A stretch of 64,000 nt of DNA. Origin: Podarcis melisellensis (Eukaryota). Below, one piece after another: positions 49,502 to 61,100 of the stretch. Position 1 is the first letter of the stretch, and every line of letters starts with the position of its first letter. The notes below the pieces were generated by a model, which saw only the letters and a program-made list of their open reading frames with translations, was not told the DNA's origin and did not search any database. The position numbers and the translations under genes were made by a program. The stretch is taken from assembly GCA_964234715.1 (NCBI GenBank), contig OZ174286.1; one strand, 5' to 3'.

Positions 49502-50398
49502 TACTGTAGAGAGAACGAAGCTTAGAATGTCTACCTTCTCTTCTATACAGTTCTCAAGCATATTTTAAATACTTTATGAAAACATCCTAAAAGTTTAGAA
49601 CTGCCAACTGGTTCTGAGAAGTTGCAATCAAATATGCGTGTTTTTCACAGATCAGTAGAAACTGGACTAAACTCTAGGGCAGGCTGGGTGCCTCTGTTCA
49701 AGCCAAGCAAGAGGAGGCAGCTCCAGCTCTCTTGGTCTTGAAGGGACCAAGATTCTGCATGGGTCAGTAGGTGGCATGTGAGCCCTGAGGAAAGGCTGCT
49801 GCTCTCAAGAGCACCACACAATCCTTCTCCGGCAGAGCTGAGCTGAATTCTTGAGAGTGCATTTAAAGATGATGTAACAGACACATATGAATTGCAAAAT
49901 AGACCCTTGGGGGATTATAGACGCAAAATGTTACATGATAGTGTGTTTATGTATGAGTTTGACTATAGAAGCATAGCTAGCATTGCATATGTATAGATGT
50001 ATACGCTATACAGGCCCCTCCATTTATGCTTTTGCACAGGGAAAAGACCTGTCATCCTGAGGGGAAAGTAAATGAGAAGCATACAGCCAGGCAATTGAAC
50101 CTCTACCTGCTATCACTCAGCAGCTCCCCTGAAACAGCATGGCTGCTGTTAGTATTTCTTCCCTATCTGCCCTTAGACAGATAGGAATAAAAAGTGGGAA
50201 TAAAAAGTGTGCAGTGCGACAACAGATCACAAAATAGGAGTGTAATAGAACAAAAGGTGATGGGAACAATGGCCTAATAGAGTTGGGGATATACTATCCT
50301 AGAGCAATGCTAGGTGTCTGAGGGTGAAGATCTAGAAACAGCTCCAGTGTAAATATATATGATTTTTGAGGCAATCTACTTCAGGGATTCCTGTAGAG

Positions 50399-50571
50399 CA
50401 ATGGTTCCCAATTAGTTAAGTACTGCAGACCCCCTGTTTTTCAAAAGCTAAGCCATGGACCCCATTTTTGAAAGAAAAAAAATGATATCTCTATGGTAGC
50501 TTTTGTTGTGAATTGTGCCTGGGACCCCCGGGGGGGGGGGGTGTCCACGGACCACCAATTGGGAACCATTG
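50399..50571. mobile_element. hAT-Charlie-like MITE
   Basis: TIRs CAATGGTTCCCAATT / AATTGGGAACCATTG; TSD CTGTAGAG/CTGTACAG. Confidence 0.88.
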
Positions 50572-50639
50572 CTGTACAGCAAATAGCAGCTAGAAAGCAA
50601 ATAAATGAAATAAATAGTCATGTACATGTGCATTGGTAA

Positions 50640-51192
50640 CCTCAAGGCTTGATTACAACAACATTCTTTATGTGGGGCTGCCCTTGTATCTGGTGAGGAA
50701 GCTGCAGTGCAGAATGCAGCAGCCAGACTGCTCATAGGAGGGAGGGAGAGAGAGCGCTGCACTGATTGCCAATTTGCTACCAGGCCAGGTTCAAGGTATT
50801 TGGGAGAATTCACAAAGCCCTAACCACTTGAGCCTAAAGTACCTTAAGGACCCTCTTGTTTCCAGTTGCCCCACCTCAAACACTGAGATCCGATGGGACA
50901 CTTCTGGTGGTTCTCCACACCCCTGAGGTTCAGCTGGCCTTCACTAAGGACTGAGCCTTTAGTGTGGCAGGCCCTGCCCTACCAGTAGAGGTTCAGCAGG
51001 CACAATCAGTCTCTTCTATCAGATGTCTTTTGAAAACTATATTGTTTAGGCAGGCCTTTGCAATATGAATTTTCTCTTTTTAACCAATCAGTATTTACTA
51101 ATTTTTATGGATGCCTTTTGCCGATTTCACTATTATATGTGGATATACAGTATTTTTATGAAAATATGGATTATAAACAAGTAAATAAGTAA
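50640..51192 (+). mobile_element. L2 LINE 3' fragment
   Basis: Remnants NILYVGLPL, VQNAAARLL, LH*LPI, AFSVAGP, KTILFRQAF; TAAA-like tail. Confidence 0.8.
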
Positions 51193-51299
51193 TTTTTAAA
51201 AAGAAACAAACAGGAACTTGTGTGAAAATGGAAACATAACAAGCATGAGCATAAGCATTGGAGGCAATATTTTAAGCTGGCTTATGAACATTTAAATAA

Positions 51300-52700
51300 T
51301 AAATTGCAGCACACCTGAGTGCCGCCACCATCAGGTCAGAATATTGGAGATGGAGGCAGAAAACCCCACACGTGCCTCTTTCCCTTATAGCTGCAGCCAC
51401 AATTTGTTGCCCTTTCGTGACACCCAGCACAGGCTGCCAGAGGAAGAGGCTCCCCAGCGGGCTTGCTTAGCGCTCAGGCCGCCGGCTGAGGCGGGAAGAA
51501 AGGGCTGCGATGGCGCCATTTTCCTCCCCCCTCGCTGGCCTTAATGAGGCCAATTATTACTTCAAGTGAGGGAGCTGTTGGGGGCAGGGAGACCTGGAAC
51601 TAGCACAGTTTCTAGCTGTGGGGCAGCCTTGGCTGGGCAAGGAAGGAGCCAGGTAGCCTCTTCGTCTACACTCGCGCCCAGGGCGAGGAGAGGCCGCAGT
51701 TCCCACCTCAAGTCGAAGCGAAGAGGAGGGGTCGGGGTCGCCCTTAAGGCAGTAAGAGAAGCAGGCCTGTCCCTGGTCGGTCGCCGTCGCCTCCTTCCCT
51801 CTTCCTGGCCCGCTCTTTTGACGTTTGCGGGCGGGGCGGGGCATGGAAGTTGCCTTTTGTCTGGCCGGGGTCAGACGGAGCTGTTTTGTTCGATAAAGCT
51901 TTAACGCTTCGTGAACACGCAGAAAAGGCCGAGCCCAGCTCCACTCTGGCCATCGCCATTGTTGGGCGGCTTTTAAAACACGGCAACCCTCCCCACACAG
52001 CCCGCTCCCAAAGAAAAACCACCACCCAACCACCCTGCGAAACCTCCAAGTTCATACCTCGCCCAGCTTCCTGTTAAGTTAACCAAGAAATGCCAGGCGA
52101 GAGAAAAAGCACACTATAGGAGCCAACTCCTAGGGGTCGAGATCCGTTCGCCGCCCTCCCTCCCCCGCCCCAATAAACGATTTGAGGGCTCCCCCCCAAA
52201 ATTGATGGGCATTGCCATTCAACGGGTGTGTGTGCACTGCATCATGTGATCGATTATGCGGGACGAGGCTCACCTGCCCCCCCCCCGCAATATTTTATTC
52301 AACTTGGCACCCCTGGACAGGTGGAAGTGGAGACGTGCAGGGTGTGTGTGCTAGGGGTGTGTGCAGAGAGGAAAGCAGTGCCCTCTTCCTGGGGAAAAGA
52401 CAGAAGGTGGCCCATTTCAGCAGCACTGTGGGCTTCATTGTCTGCAAAAATGCGCCTGGCTCGTAATGCTCCAGTTGGCAAGGAAGCCGGGCGGGGGCGG
52501 CGGGAGGAGAGATGCATCTCCTGCAAGACGCTCTTCCGAATGGTTTATTTAAACAACCCAGAAGGAGAGGAGTACGGGTGGGAAAGCGGGGTTTCCTCCA
52601 GCCAGGCTCCTTATGAGCTGGTGTGAAGGATATTTCCCTGTTTGGCTTCTGCAACGGGCGACCGCCAAACCAAATAAGTCAAGGGGGGGAAGAGGAGGCA
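51300..52700. promoter_or_regulatory. Orphan CpG island (start of distal CpG-rich domain)
   Basis: Abrupt rise in CpG after the L2; GC boxes; YY1 motif CGCCATTTT 51514-51522; no credible ORF. Confidence 0.65.
52114..52315. mobile_element. Degenerate MITE (TAGGAGCCAAC...TTGGCACCCCTG)
   Basis: Imperfect terminal inverted repeats; TSD unclear. Confidence 0.5.
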
Positions 52701-53769
52701 GGGAATTGAATGTGGTCTGCGTACGTGTGTGTTTTTGTCTGCAGCGAAGTTTCCCTTGAGTGGTTTCATTTGGATTCTGTCTAGCCTCGCAGGCTCCATA
52801 ATTCTTAGGACCTCCAAGCCTGCACCACAACTGCCCCAAGGAAGAGACCCTTCCCCAGCTTTCTTGAGCTATGCCGACTGAAAAGGGAGAGAGGGAGAGA
52901 GAGGGAAGGAAGGAGAGAAAGCTTAAAGCAATATGTGTATCCTGTAAAACGTCCATTCAGAAGTATGTCATTAGAATGCACGGAGATCATAGGTTAAATT
53001 TTTCGACAAGGTAAGTAGGATAAATGGCCAGGGATATGATCTGGTATATTTGAATATCATTCTTATTTAATGTGTTATATAGCTGCAGACAGGAAAGTGC
53101 CTAGCGTTGCTTCCGTCTGAACATGCTTGTGGGTGCCTAAGACAGCGTTTCTCTGTGCCCAAGGAAAATATTTTTATTTCATTTTTATTTATTTTGGCGG
53201 GGGGGATAGGGAGCGAGAGCGGAAAATCCTTTGCAAATAGAAAAGAAGACCTTTGCAACCAGAGCATGTTTTTAAAAACGCTGTCTGCAGAGAGAAGCCC
53301 AGGGGATTGGCTCGTTGGGCCTTTGTTGATGCCTCTTTGCCCCCTGGCGGCCGTTCGCTGTTAGGGCAAGAGGAGGCCTTCAGTTAAGAATTCCAGAAAC
53401 CCTGCAAAGTGGGATCCGCACCGCACTTGTCGTCATTGTTTTGGCTGCTTGCAGTTTAACTCCCAGCTGGAAATTTAGAAGGCAGACCGATGAAATCTAA
53501 TGGTCGCGGGCGGGCGAGATAGGTGGAAGGCGTAGCTCTCCTTGAATATCCTACCTCTCTCTCTCAGATGAAAAAGCGGATGCTTTCCTTCAGAACTTCG
53601 TGTCTTTAAACAATTTTTTCCCTGTAATAATAATCTTTGTTTCTGTTTGAATTTACGTAAATAAAACGGTATGTGGCACTAAACAATATTTCGAACGTTT
53701 CACGCCGCATAATTCTGGAAAAAGAAAGAAATGTCTAACTTAAACTGCATCCAAATAAAGTGACGTTGG

Positions 53770-53935
53770 CTGTAGTCACCTGGAAGTAAGTCCCACTGAA
53801 TTCAATGGGGCTTACTTCTGAGTAGGCCTGTATAGGATAGCGCGGCGAAGCTGCAATTCTACTCACACTTCCTAGGAAGTAAGTCACGAAGAATTTAGTG
53901 AGACTTCCTTCTGAGTAGACATCCTTAGGGCAGCC
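53770..53935. mobile_element. Two adjacent copies of the short palindromic MITE-like family
   Basis: gaagtaagtcccactgaattcaatggggcttacttc palindrome, immediately followed by a second copy. Confidence 0.7.
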
Positions 53936-54599
53936 CCACCCTTGCTTCCGATTAAGTTTATCTGTAAGAAATGGGACTTCCGATGACACTTGTGCATTTT
54001 GGGCCTCGACTGTAAGCGGGTTTGTTTGGAAGTTGTTTCTTCATTTTATGCAAGAAATTTCGATGCTGCCTGCCGACATAAATAACCCCAGGGCGGTTTA
54101 CACATACCCGTTGCAACCGCTGCGTCTTACTTCCAAGTAATGGTTTAGAATGCGGCGAAAAAAATGGAAAATTTATGTTTGCAGGAGGGTAAATGTATTT
54201 GAATGTACAAAAGTGGCCCTGACAAAGACATGTTTGCTTGCTGTTTCAGAAAGGTTTTATACTGGTGTTTTTATTTTCCATAGCGAACATTGTGATGATA
54301 TATGGGATAATAAATGTGCGAAACAAACCAAGTGGCCTTTAATATATGCCGGGTGTCATTCAACAGAGTCAACCCCAGAGAAGACCCATTGAAATCTATG
54401 TGTCAATTTAAATCAGTGGGTCTACTCTGAGAATGGGTTTGTCGGATACCACCCAGTGAGTTCAATTTTCAGCTGCGACCCCAATAATCCACATAGTCAA
54501 CATTATTCCAGCCCAGTCCTATTAACACGCTTATTCGGAAGTAAGGCCTGCTTAATTCCTCCAGACTTGCCTTGAGGAAACGAGTAGAATCGGATACAA

Positions 54600-55850
54600 A
54601 CCAATTTACGTGGGGTGCAAACGGCACAGGCGGACCACGGGCCCAGCCCCACCGCCTGGGAATGATTCTCTCAGGGGAGGCCAACTCAGGTCAAAGTTAT
54701 CATCCGCAAATGGAGAGTGGAGCGAGCTGATGCAAATTCGCATCCGGTTTAAAGAGCTTCAAGGAGTCCCGGGAAAGAAGAGAGATATATAGGTATCCCC
54801 TTGCCATCCTGAACCCACTTCCCCGCGGAACTTGCAGCCAACTTGCTGCGGCGTGGAGAGCAAGGAGATCAGACTGTGCCGGGGCTTCCTAGGCTCGGAG
54901 ATCTAACGGAGGCACTTTGTGTAGATCACTCGGCGTGACTCTCCGTCTCCCCTTTATTCACTCCTGCTGCCATGGGCTTGCGCCATTTCGGAGTGCCTCC
55001 CTTAGCACACCGACCGACCTGTGTACCTGCTCACGTACCTACCTTCTTGGGGCCTGTAGCAAAGGAAAGAGACGCAGTTCTCCTTCGTTGCGCCGGACGG
55101 GCTATGTGGCTCCCCCCTCCGGCTGCTTTCCTTTCTGGAGACGCTTGACTGCCGGGGGCAACATTTGGCAAAAGTCAGAGCTGCGCGCAAGCTCTCAGAG
55201 AGCGCAAGCCAGCCGCCGCCCCATTCATCTTTCCCCACCGACCCCAATGGATGGCCCCCAACGCCCTCCCCACCTGCCGCAGGTGCGCGCATCTCCCCCG
55301 TCCTCCCCGAGCAGCGCCGTCATCCTCGCCCGGCTTCCTGGCTCCAAGTTCAATACTATGGGTGACATTTTAATTTCCTCTCTCCTGCCAAGCCGGGGAG
55401 CTTTGCGCGTCGCGGGGACAAAGCTGGCCAGGGTCACGGCGCCGCGGCCTGCTCTGTCAGCCCGTTCCGAGGCCTCGGATTGACGGACGTCTTTATCTGA
55501 CACCGCCCCCCCCTCCAGCAGCTCCAGCTCCTCTCCCCGCCAGGCCCTACCTGAGGAGCCAGGCCGAGGATGACACGGGGGTCGATCGGACGAGCCCCGG
55601 ATTTGGGGGCAGTTGGAGACGACGTGAGATGGATCAATTCTTCTCTATCTATGAAGCCACCAGTCCACATTCTCTCCTCTCCTAAAGACAGCTGGCTTCC
55701 TCAGTTTCATCTCTCTTTGGCCTTCACTGCCCTCCTGGGCCACAAATTTAGGCGCATTTCCTGACCACATTGCCGCCTGCACTCGCGGATCTGGTTAGGT
55801 GGAGAAGGCTTAAGTGTGGGCGAGGCCACTCCGGGCCACAGGTGACCCCA
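54600..55850. promoter_or_regulatory. Orphan CpG island
   Basis: CpG-dense; octamer ATGCAAAT 54730-54737; ORFs look like GC-rich noise. Confidence 0.65.
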
Positions 55851-56232
55851 GTCCAGTATTTCAGAATGCCACGACCCCCCCCTTTCCAAGCATTTCCCCC
55901 TTCACTTCGATTTTCCCTCGCCAATACTTCCCAACTTCTGTATAGTTCCAATAATTGATTTTTTTTATTCCAGACAGTCTGCAACTTTGTACCAACTTAC
56001 CTGGGAGTAAGCACCATTGAACTCCCATAGAGTCCCATAGACTTGCTTCTGAGCATACATATTTTGATTTATCCCTCTGCTTTATTATCAGTGCGGCAAT
56101 GACACACAGAGGCACCCTAGATAGGTTTACTCGGAAGTAACCACCGTGCTCAGCAGCAGCCTTGATTTTGGAGGAAGAGGAGGGACTATCAGCCAATCAT
56201 GGGGCAGGAATATGGTACTACATGCTGGGGGG

Positions 56233-56366
56233 CATGGGCATAGTCAAGGGGGCGCAGGGAGGGGCAGCTGCCCCAGTGTAAATCAATACAAAATACTTAA
56301 TTAACTGAGGTTTTTCCCCCCCAACATAAAGCTTGCCCCCCAACATAAATCCTGGCTACGCTCATA
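56233..56366. mobile_element. hAT-type MITE (CATGGGCGTAGCCAGG-like TIR)
   Basis: Imperfect TIRs; TSD CTGGGGGG/TTGGGGGG. Confidence 0.7.
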
Positions 56367-58999
56367 TTGGGGGGGTAGAGAAAATAATGCCCATTTCCTC
56401 CTATAGTTCCTGATCTAAGTAAACCGATTTCATTCCTCTGCTTAGCTGAATGAAGAATCTCTGGCTTTGTTTCAGACAAAAAATTAATCAGCTTTTATGC
56501 TTCCTTTTGCTGATTGGATTCACAAATACGAACGATGTACATGTTAATAAAGCAGGAAAGCTGAATAAAAATAACAATTGACTTGATAGCTAGGGTGTGT
56601 CTTAGGAAATTTGAATAGTTAGGAACTTTGGAGTCTCCTATGGACTCCTAGGGAACGCCTAACCTTCCCTTTTAAAAGAAGGGGGACTTAAAAGTGTTTG
56701 GCTTTCACTAGATTTGGTTCTTTATTTTGATTTTTCCTTCATTGTATGTCTGCAAAGGAGTGGAACTTGGCAAAAATTATGATGCAAAGTATGCACCCGG
56801 ACAGTTAATCGTCCCTTTAAACAGCTGGATTCAGCTTCAATCGGTTCATAGGAAATAAATCGGTTACTTTGGTCACATTTAACCGTGTTATGACACGAGA
56901 CGACAAAAAGAGGCTGGAGATGTACAACGTAGTCATTTGTGAGAAGATAAAATCTAAGACCTTCGCTTTGAGAAGGCACCGAGTGCCATCCTCTTGAATC
57001 CATTATTTTGTGAAGATGGTGAACCAAACCGCTTTTTTGCTTTTTGAACAGCACTGGAGAGGGAGAGAAAGAGAGAGAGGAGGATAACGGCCCGATACTT
57101 TTACTGAGCAAAATAAAATCGATGCCGCTCCTTGGGAAAGGGCCGCCATAAAGTTGGGGAACGTCTAGAAGCGAGTGGGGGTCACCCGGTCCGAGCAGAG
57201 GCGCCGGGCCTTGAGCAGCAGGCGGGTTCTGTCGATACTACTGAACTGCGGCTGGGGTCGATACAGTAGGTTTGCCTTGGCAGGGCGAAGAACTTATCAA
57301 TAGGGATTACGATCAAGTGTGTGGCGAGGTAATAAGGACGACTCTGTTGGAGCGCGGGCTATCAAACGGCAACCCTTACTCCAACTCCCCCCCCCCCACC
57401 AGCGATGGGGTGTGCACATCCAGAGACCTATGAATATTGGATGTCTGCTACATTCAGCCCGGCTGCTCTTACTTTCAGGACTCTTGTTGGGGCAGAATTG
57501 TTCATCAACCTGCTGATGACATTTCATTTCTTGTTGCCCCTTATGGGGAAGGGGGCGCGCGGAAACCCACACAATTCAGGGACCCAAGGGGCAAAGTTTG
57601 GATCCCGAAGTTTTTTTTTTTAATTGCCCATTTTTATATTTATTTTTAAAAGAACTGGTTCCACCAAATACTCTGCTTTTTCCATCATTAAAGTGCCTGA
57701 ACCTTTCACATTGCCAAACCAGCTTGCCCTTGCGCGCGAGGGAGGGAGATCGAGCGCATCTAGGAGGAATCCCTTTTGAAACCGCATCCAAGCCACTTCC
57801 CCTGGGTAGTCTAAAAGGGGCCGGGGAAGTCGCTCATTGAATATGCACTGTAAAAGTTTAACCGTGGTTGCAGCCGTGGGTTCAAAATTGCAAAGTTAAA
57901 TATTTGTTTTTAATTTTCTGGCTCAGAAATTTTAACTACCAGTCAGGGTTCCTCCTGCGGCTGCTCTAATGGGCTTGCATAAATAGTTTTGTTATTACCA
58001 CTTGTCTGCTAAAACAACATTGGCTTCGCATCCTGACACATCGTATTTAAAATCCTGGCAGCCGGGAGAAATCTCTCATCTCGGGTGTGCGTGTGTGTCG
58101 CGGGGTGGGGGGAAGAATGGAAATGAACTTGCTTCCGCATTGAGGGCGGAGGAGGGGAAGGAAGCTAGGTTGATAAATTTATATAGCCAGTCCGAAAAAT
58201 TAACAAAACACACCGCTTCTATTAGTTTTTAATTAGGGTTTGTGATTTTCGACATGTTTAAAGGACAAGACTGTGTGCTTATGGAGAAATATTTCAGCAG
58301 GAAATTTATTTGATTAAATATATCTGCTGTGGGGTGAGATCCTGACCAATTGAAATGGAAATAGGCAGGGGCGACTTCCACTGCATCCAGTGGGGCTCAG
58401 ATTACACCGAATAAAGGCAGTCTTTTAAAACATTTTAGAGCGGTTGTCGAATGCCTAAATTCACTATTAGAAATCGCCAAAAAGGCACTATCATTCCACC
58501 GGCGTTTTAGGCAAACTCTTCTAACTGTACTTCCTGGGCAAAATATGGGCTCCATCCTTAAGACATTACTTAAACGCTTTGTTTGAATTTCGGAACGAAT
58601 CTGGTATGCACAAGAGGCATGGGAAATGTAAGGGTTTTGCTTTGGTATTGTATTGCCATTAGAGATGCAAAAGCAACTCGTGTGGACAGGTTCTCAACTC
58701 AGGGGAGACTTTCTCCTCCAGGGCGTGGGCGCCCTTGGACAAGAAGGGGAGCTGCTCACGAGTAATTCCGGTTGAGTTGTGCCCCTGGCCAGTGGCAAAA
58801 ATCTCCCTCTGATAAGAATGGGCCGCGGCTGCACACTTGATTTGCTTATTAAACTTAACTACAATATATATACATTTCAAAGCAACAAATTCGTTTACTG
58901 TGCACTCAAACAACCATTGTACAGTAGTAGAAGTTTCCACTGGGAAGCAACCAACTCCTCTCCAAATACTCCTTCCAAGGCTTGCGCTTCGTTGAACTA

Positions 59000-61100
59000 A
59001 AGTAATTTACAGTTGACTGGCCCTGCTTCGGATGGCGCTGTTGGCACTTTCCAGAGGCCACGGGCTTTGGGGCGGAATCTGGCACGCACCAGCTGTATGT
59101 CTGTATACCTCAAGCCCAGTTGAAAAGCTAAGAAAAGAGGGGTTCCCCTCTGCTGATAGTTGCGCAGCAGTTCTGAATCTCCGGGAGGGACCATGAGTTG
59201 CAACAGGGCTTCTAAGGAGGAAAAGTGGTGCCTTCATTTCGACTAGGATCTTGGGCACATGCGGGGAGCGAGAGCGGGGAGAACAGTTAAATGGTTAAAA
59301 TGCCCTGCCCTGGTCAGTTCCGTTTGCACGCAGGGGCTGGGCCCATGTCCAGTCCTCCCCTCCTTTTCCGCAGGGCAAGACGCTGCCATACTGTCGATTC
59401 TTTTCGAAGCCGGAAAACCATTTGCTTTAAGACTTGGTTAAGACTTGCTTAAGACTGTTGTCTTTCTGCTCCGCCCGGTTTGATCAGCCGATTCTGCCGG
59501 CCTTTTCCAAAAGCTGGCGGCTGTCATCAAATGCTGGGGGCCCCTCACCCCGATCCCGCAAGCTTTCGGACTCCGCGTTCTTCTTGGCGCACAACCGTGA
59601 TGGAGATGAGCACTTGTTTTAAGACGCTTTTAAAATACAGTCACAACCGCTGGAGCCAGATGCCCAAGACATGCCAGGCAGCTGCGGTTCTTGCAGCTCT
59701 ACACGCCAACAGCGCCACTTCCCTCGCTAGCTATGGCGGCTTCTCGCAGAGGCCAAGATCCAGGACCCGGTTAAGCCCAAGTGTCTCGTTTCCAAGGCGC
59801 GTGTGACACACCAGTGGCATTCCCGAGCGCAGTGGAGAAAGGGGCTAAAAAGCGATTGTTTTGGGGAGAAAGCCGGCTGCCCAAATCGGTATTGCGTCTG
59901 CACCTGGTCGGGCTATTGGGTCCGGAAGAACACGTCGGACAACGGGAGAGTTGGGGGGGGGGGACCTGCCCCGTGGTTGAGGGTTTCGCTTTCAGTTCAG
60001 CAACTTTCTAACGCTCGAGGTTCAACCTACACCCATAAGTCATGAGATTCTTTTCTTACCCTTCCAGGAGTAACAAATTAGACGGCCCTGTCTCCCGCAA
60101 TGCTTTAATCCGAGGCTTGTTTGCTACTCAGCCGTCAGTTCTGATCTTAGTAAAATCCCTGTTCTTATAATATACAAAGGGGATGTGAAAAGGGCGCTTT
60201 TGGGGATGGGGGGTATTATCCCAAGCAACCCAGTGACCTAAGCCTCTGCCTTCCTCCTCTTTCTGTGTCTCTCCCCACCCCCGCTCCCCTGCCCCAGCTC
60301 CGTATCCTTTCCTAGGTCAGTGTGCAAAACGAACTATTAGGGGAAGCTATTGATCGCCCATCGCGAGGGCTCCCCTTCCCTATTCAGCCGGCCCGGCGTA
60401 ATGAATTCGTCCATTTGAAAACATTACAAGGAATATTGGAGATTGACTGGGAGAGGAAGTGACACTTGACCCCTTTCGGATCCAGCCGCACCCGGCAGCA
60501 GAGGAGAGGGGAAAGAGCGCTTTCAAAATACGAGTCTACCCTGCTGGGAGGCAGCAAGCGCGCCGCCGATCTCGCCCCTTCCCTCGCTCCCTTGTCGCCG
60601 CCTTTCAGTCAGAGCTAGTGAGTCGGCAAAGCTCAGCAGTCCTGGGTCGGGAAAGGCTGCTGCAACAATGCGCGGCCCAACACCAGCCAAGCCGCAGAGA
60701 GAGTGTGTGTGGGTGGCTGCGTAGCTAGGAAGCACTTCCCGCTCCCACTCACCAGGATCATGGCCAGTTCTGGATGGGGCGCCGCTCTTGGCGCAAGAAA
60801 TGCACGGCCAGGCATTCAGAGAGCAAGAAACCCAGAAGCCTGCGGAGCAAGCGATGGCTTCCCTGAGTCACCCCAGGCAGCGGGCTGACAAGGTGCATCA
60901 CTGCCCGCAGAAAGGAGGCGGCAACTTGGCTCCTGCGTCTTTGCTGCAGGGAGGAGCGGCTCCTCCACTGGGGTGCCTGCCTGGCTGGAGGCAGAAGCCG
61001 TGCCCTGCCTTGCACGCGTGATGCCCTCACATCCTGCCAGTTCCTCGCTCAGACAAGAGGGTCTTGCTCTCCCTCCCGCCCATTACTCAGGTCGGAGTAG
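59000..61100. promoter_or_regulatory. Orphan CpG island
   Basis: CpG-dense; no coding signature. Confidence 0.6.

Noticed and set aside
54917-55483. 188-aa ORF in the orphan CpG island
   Set aside because: Non-ATG start, Pro/Ser/Arg-rich noise and no homology I recognise.
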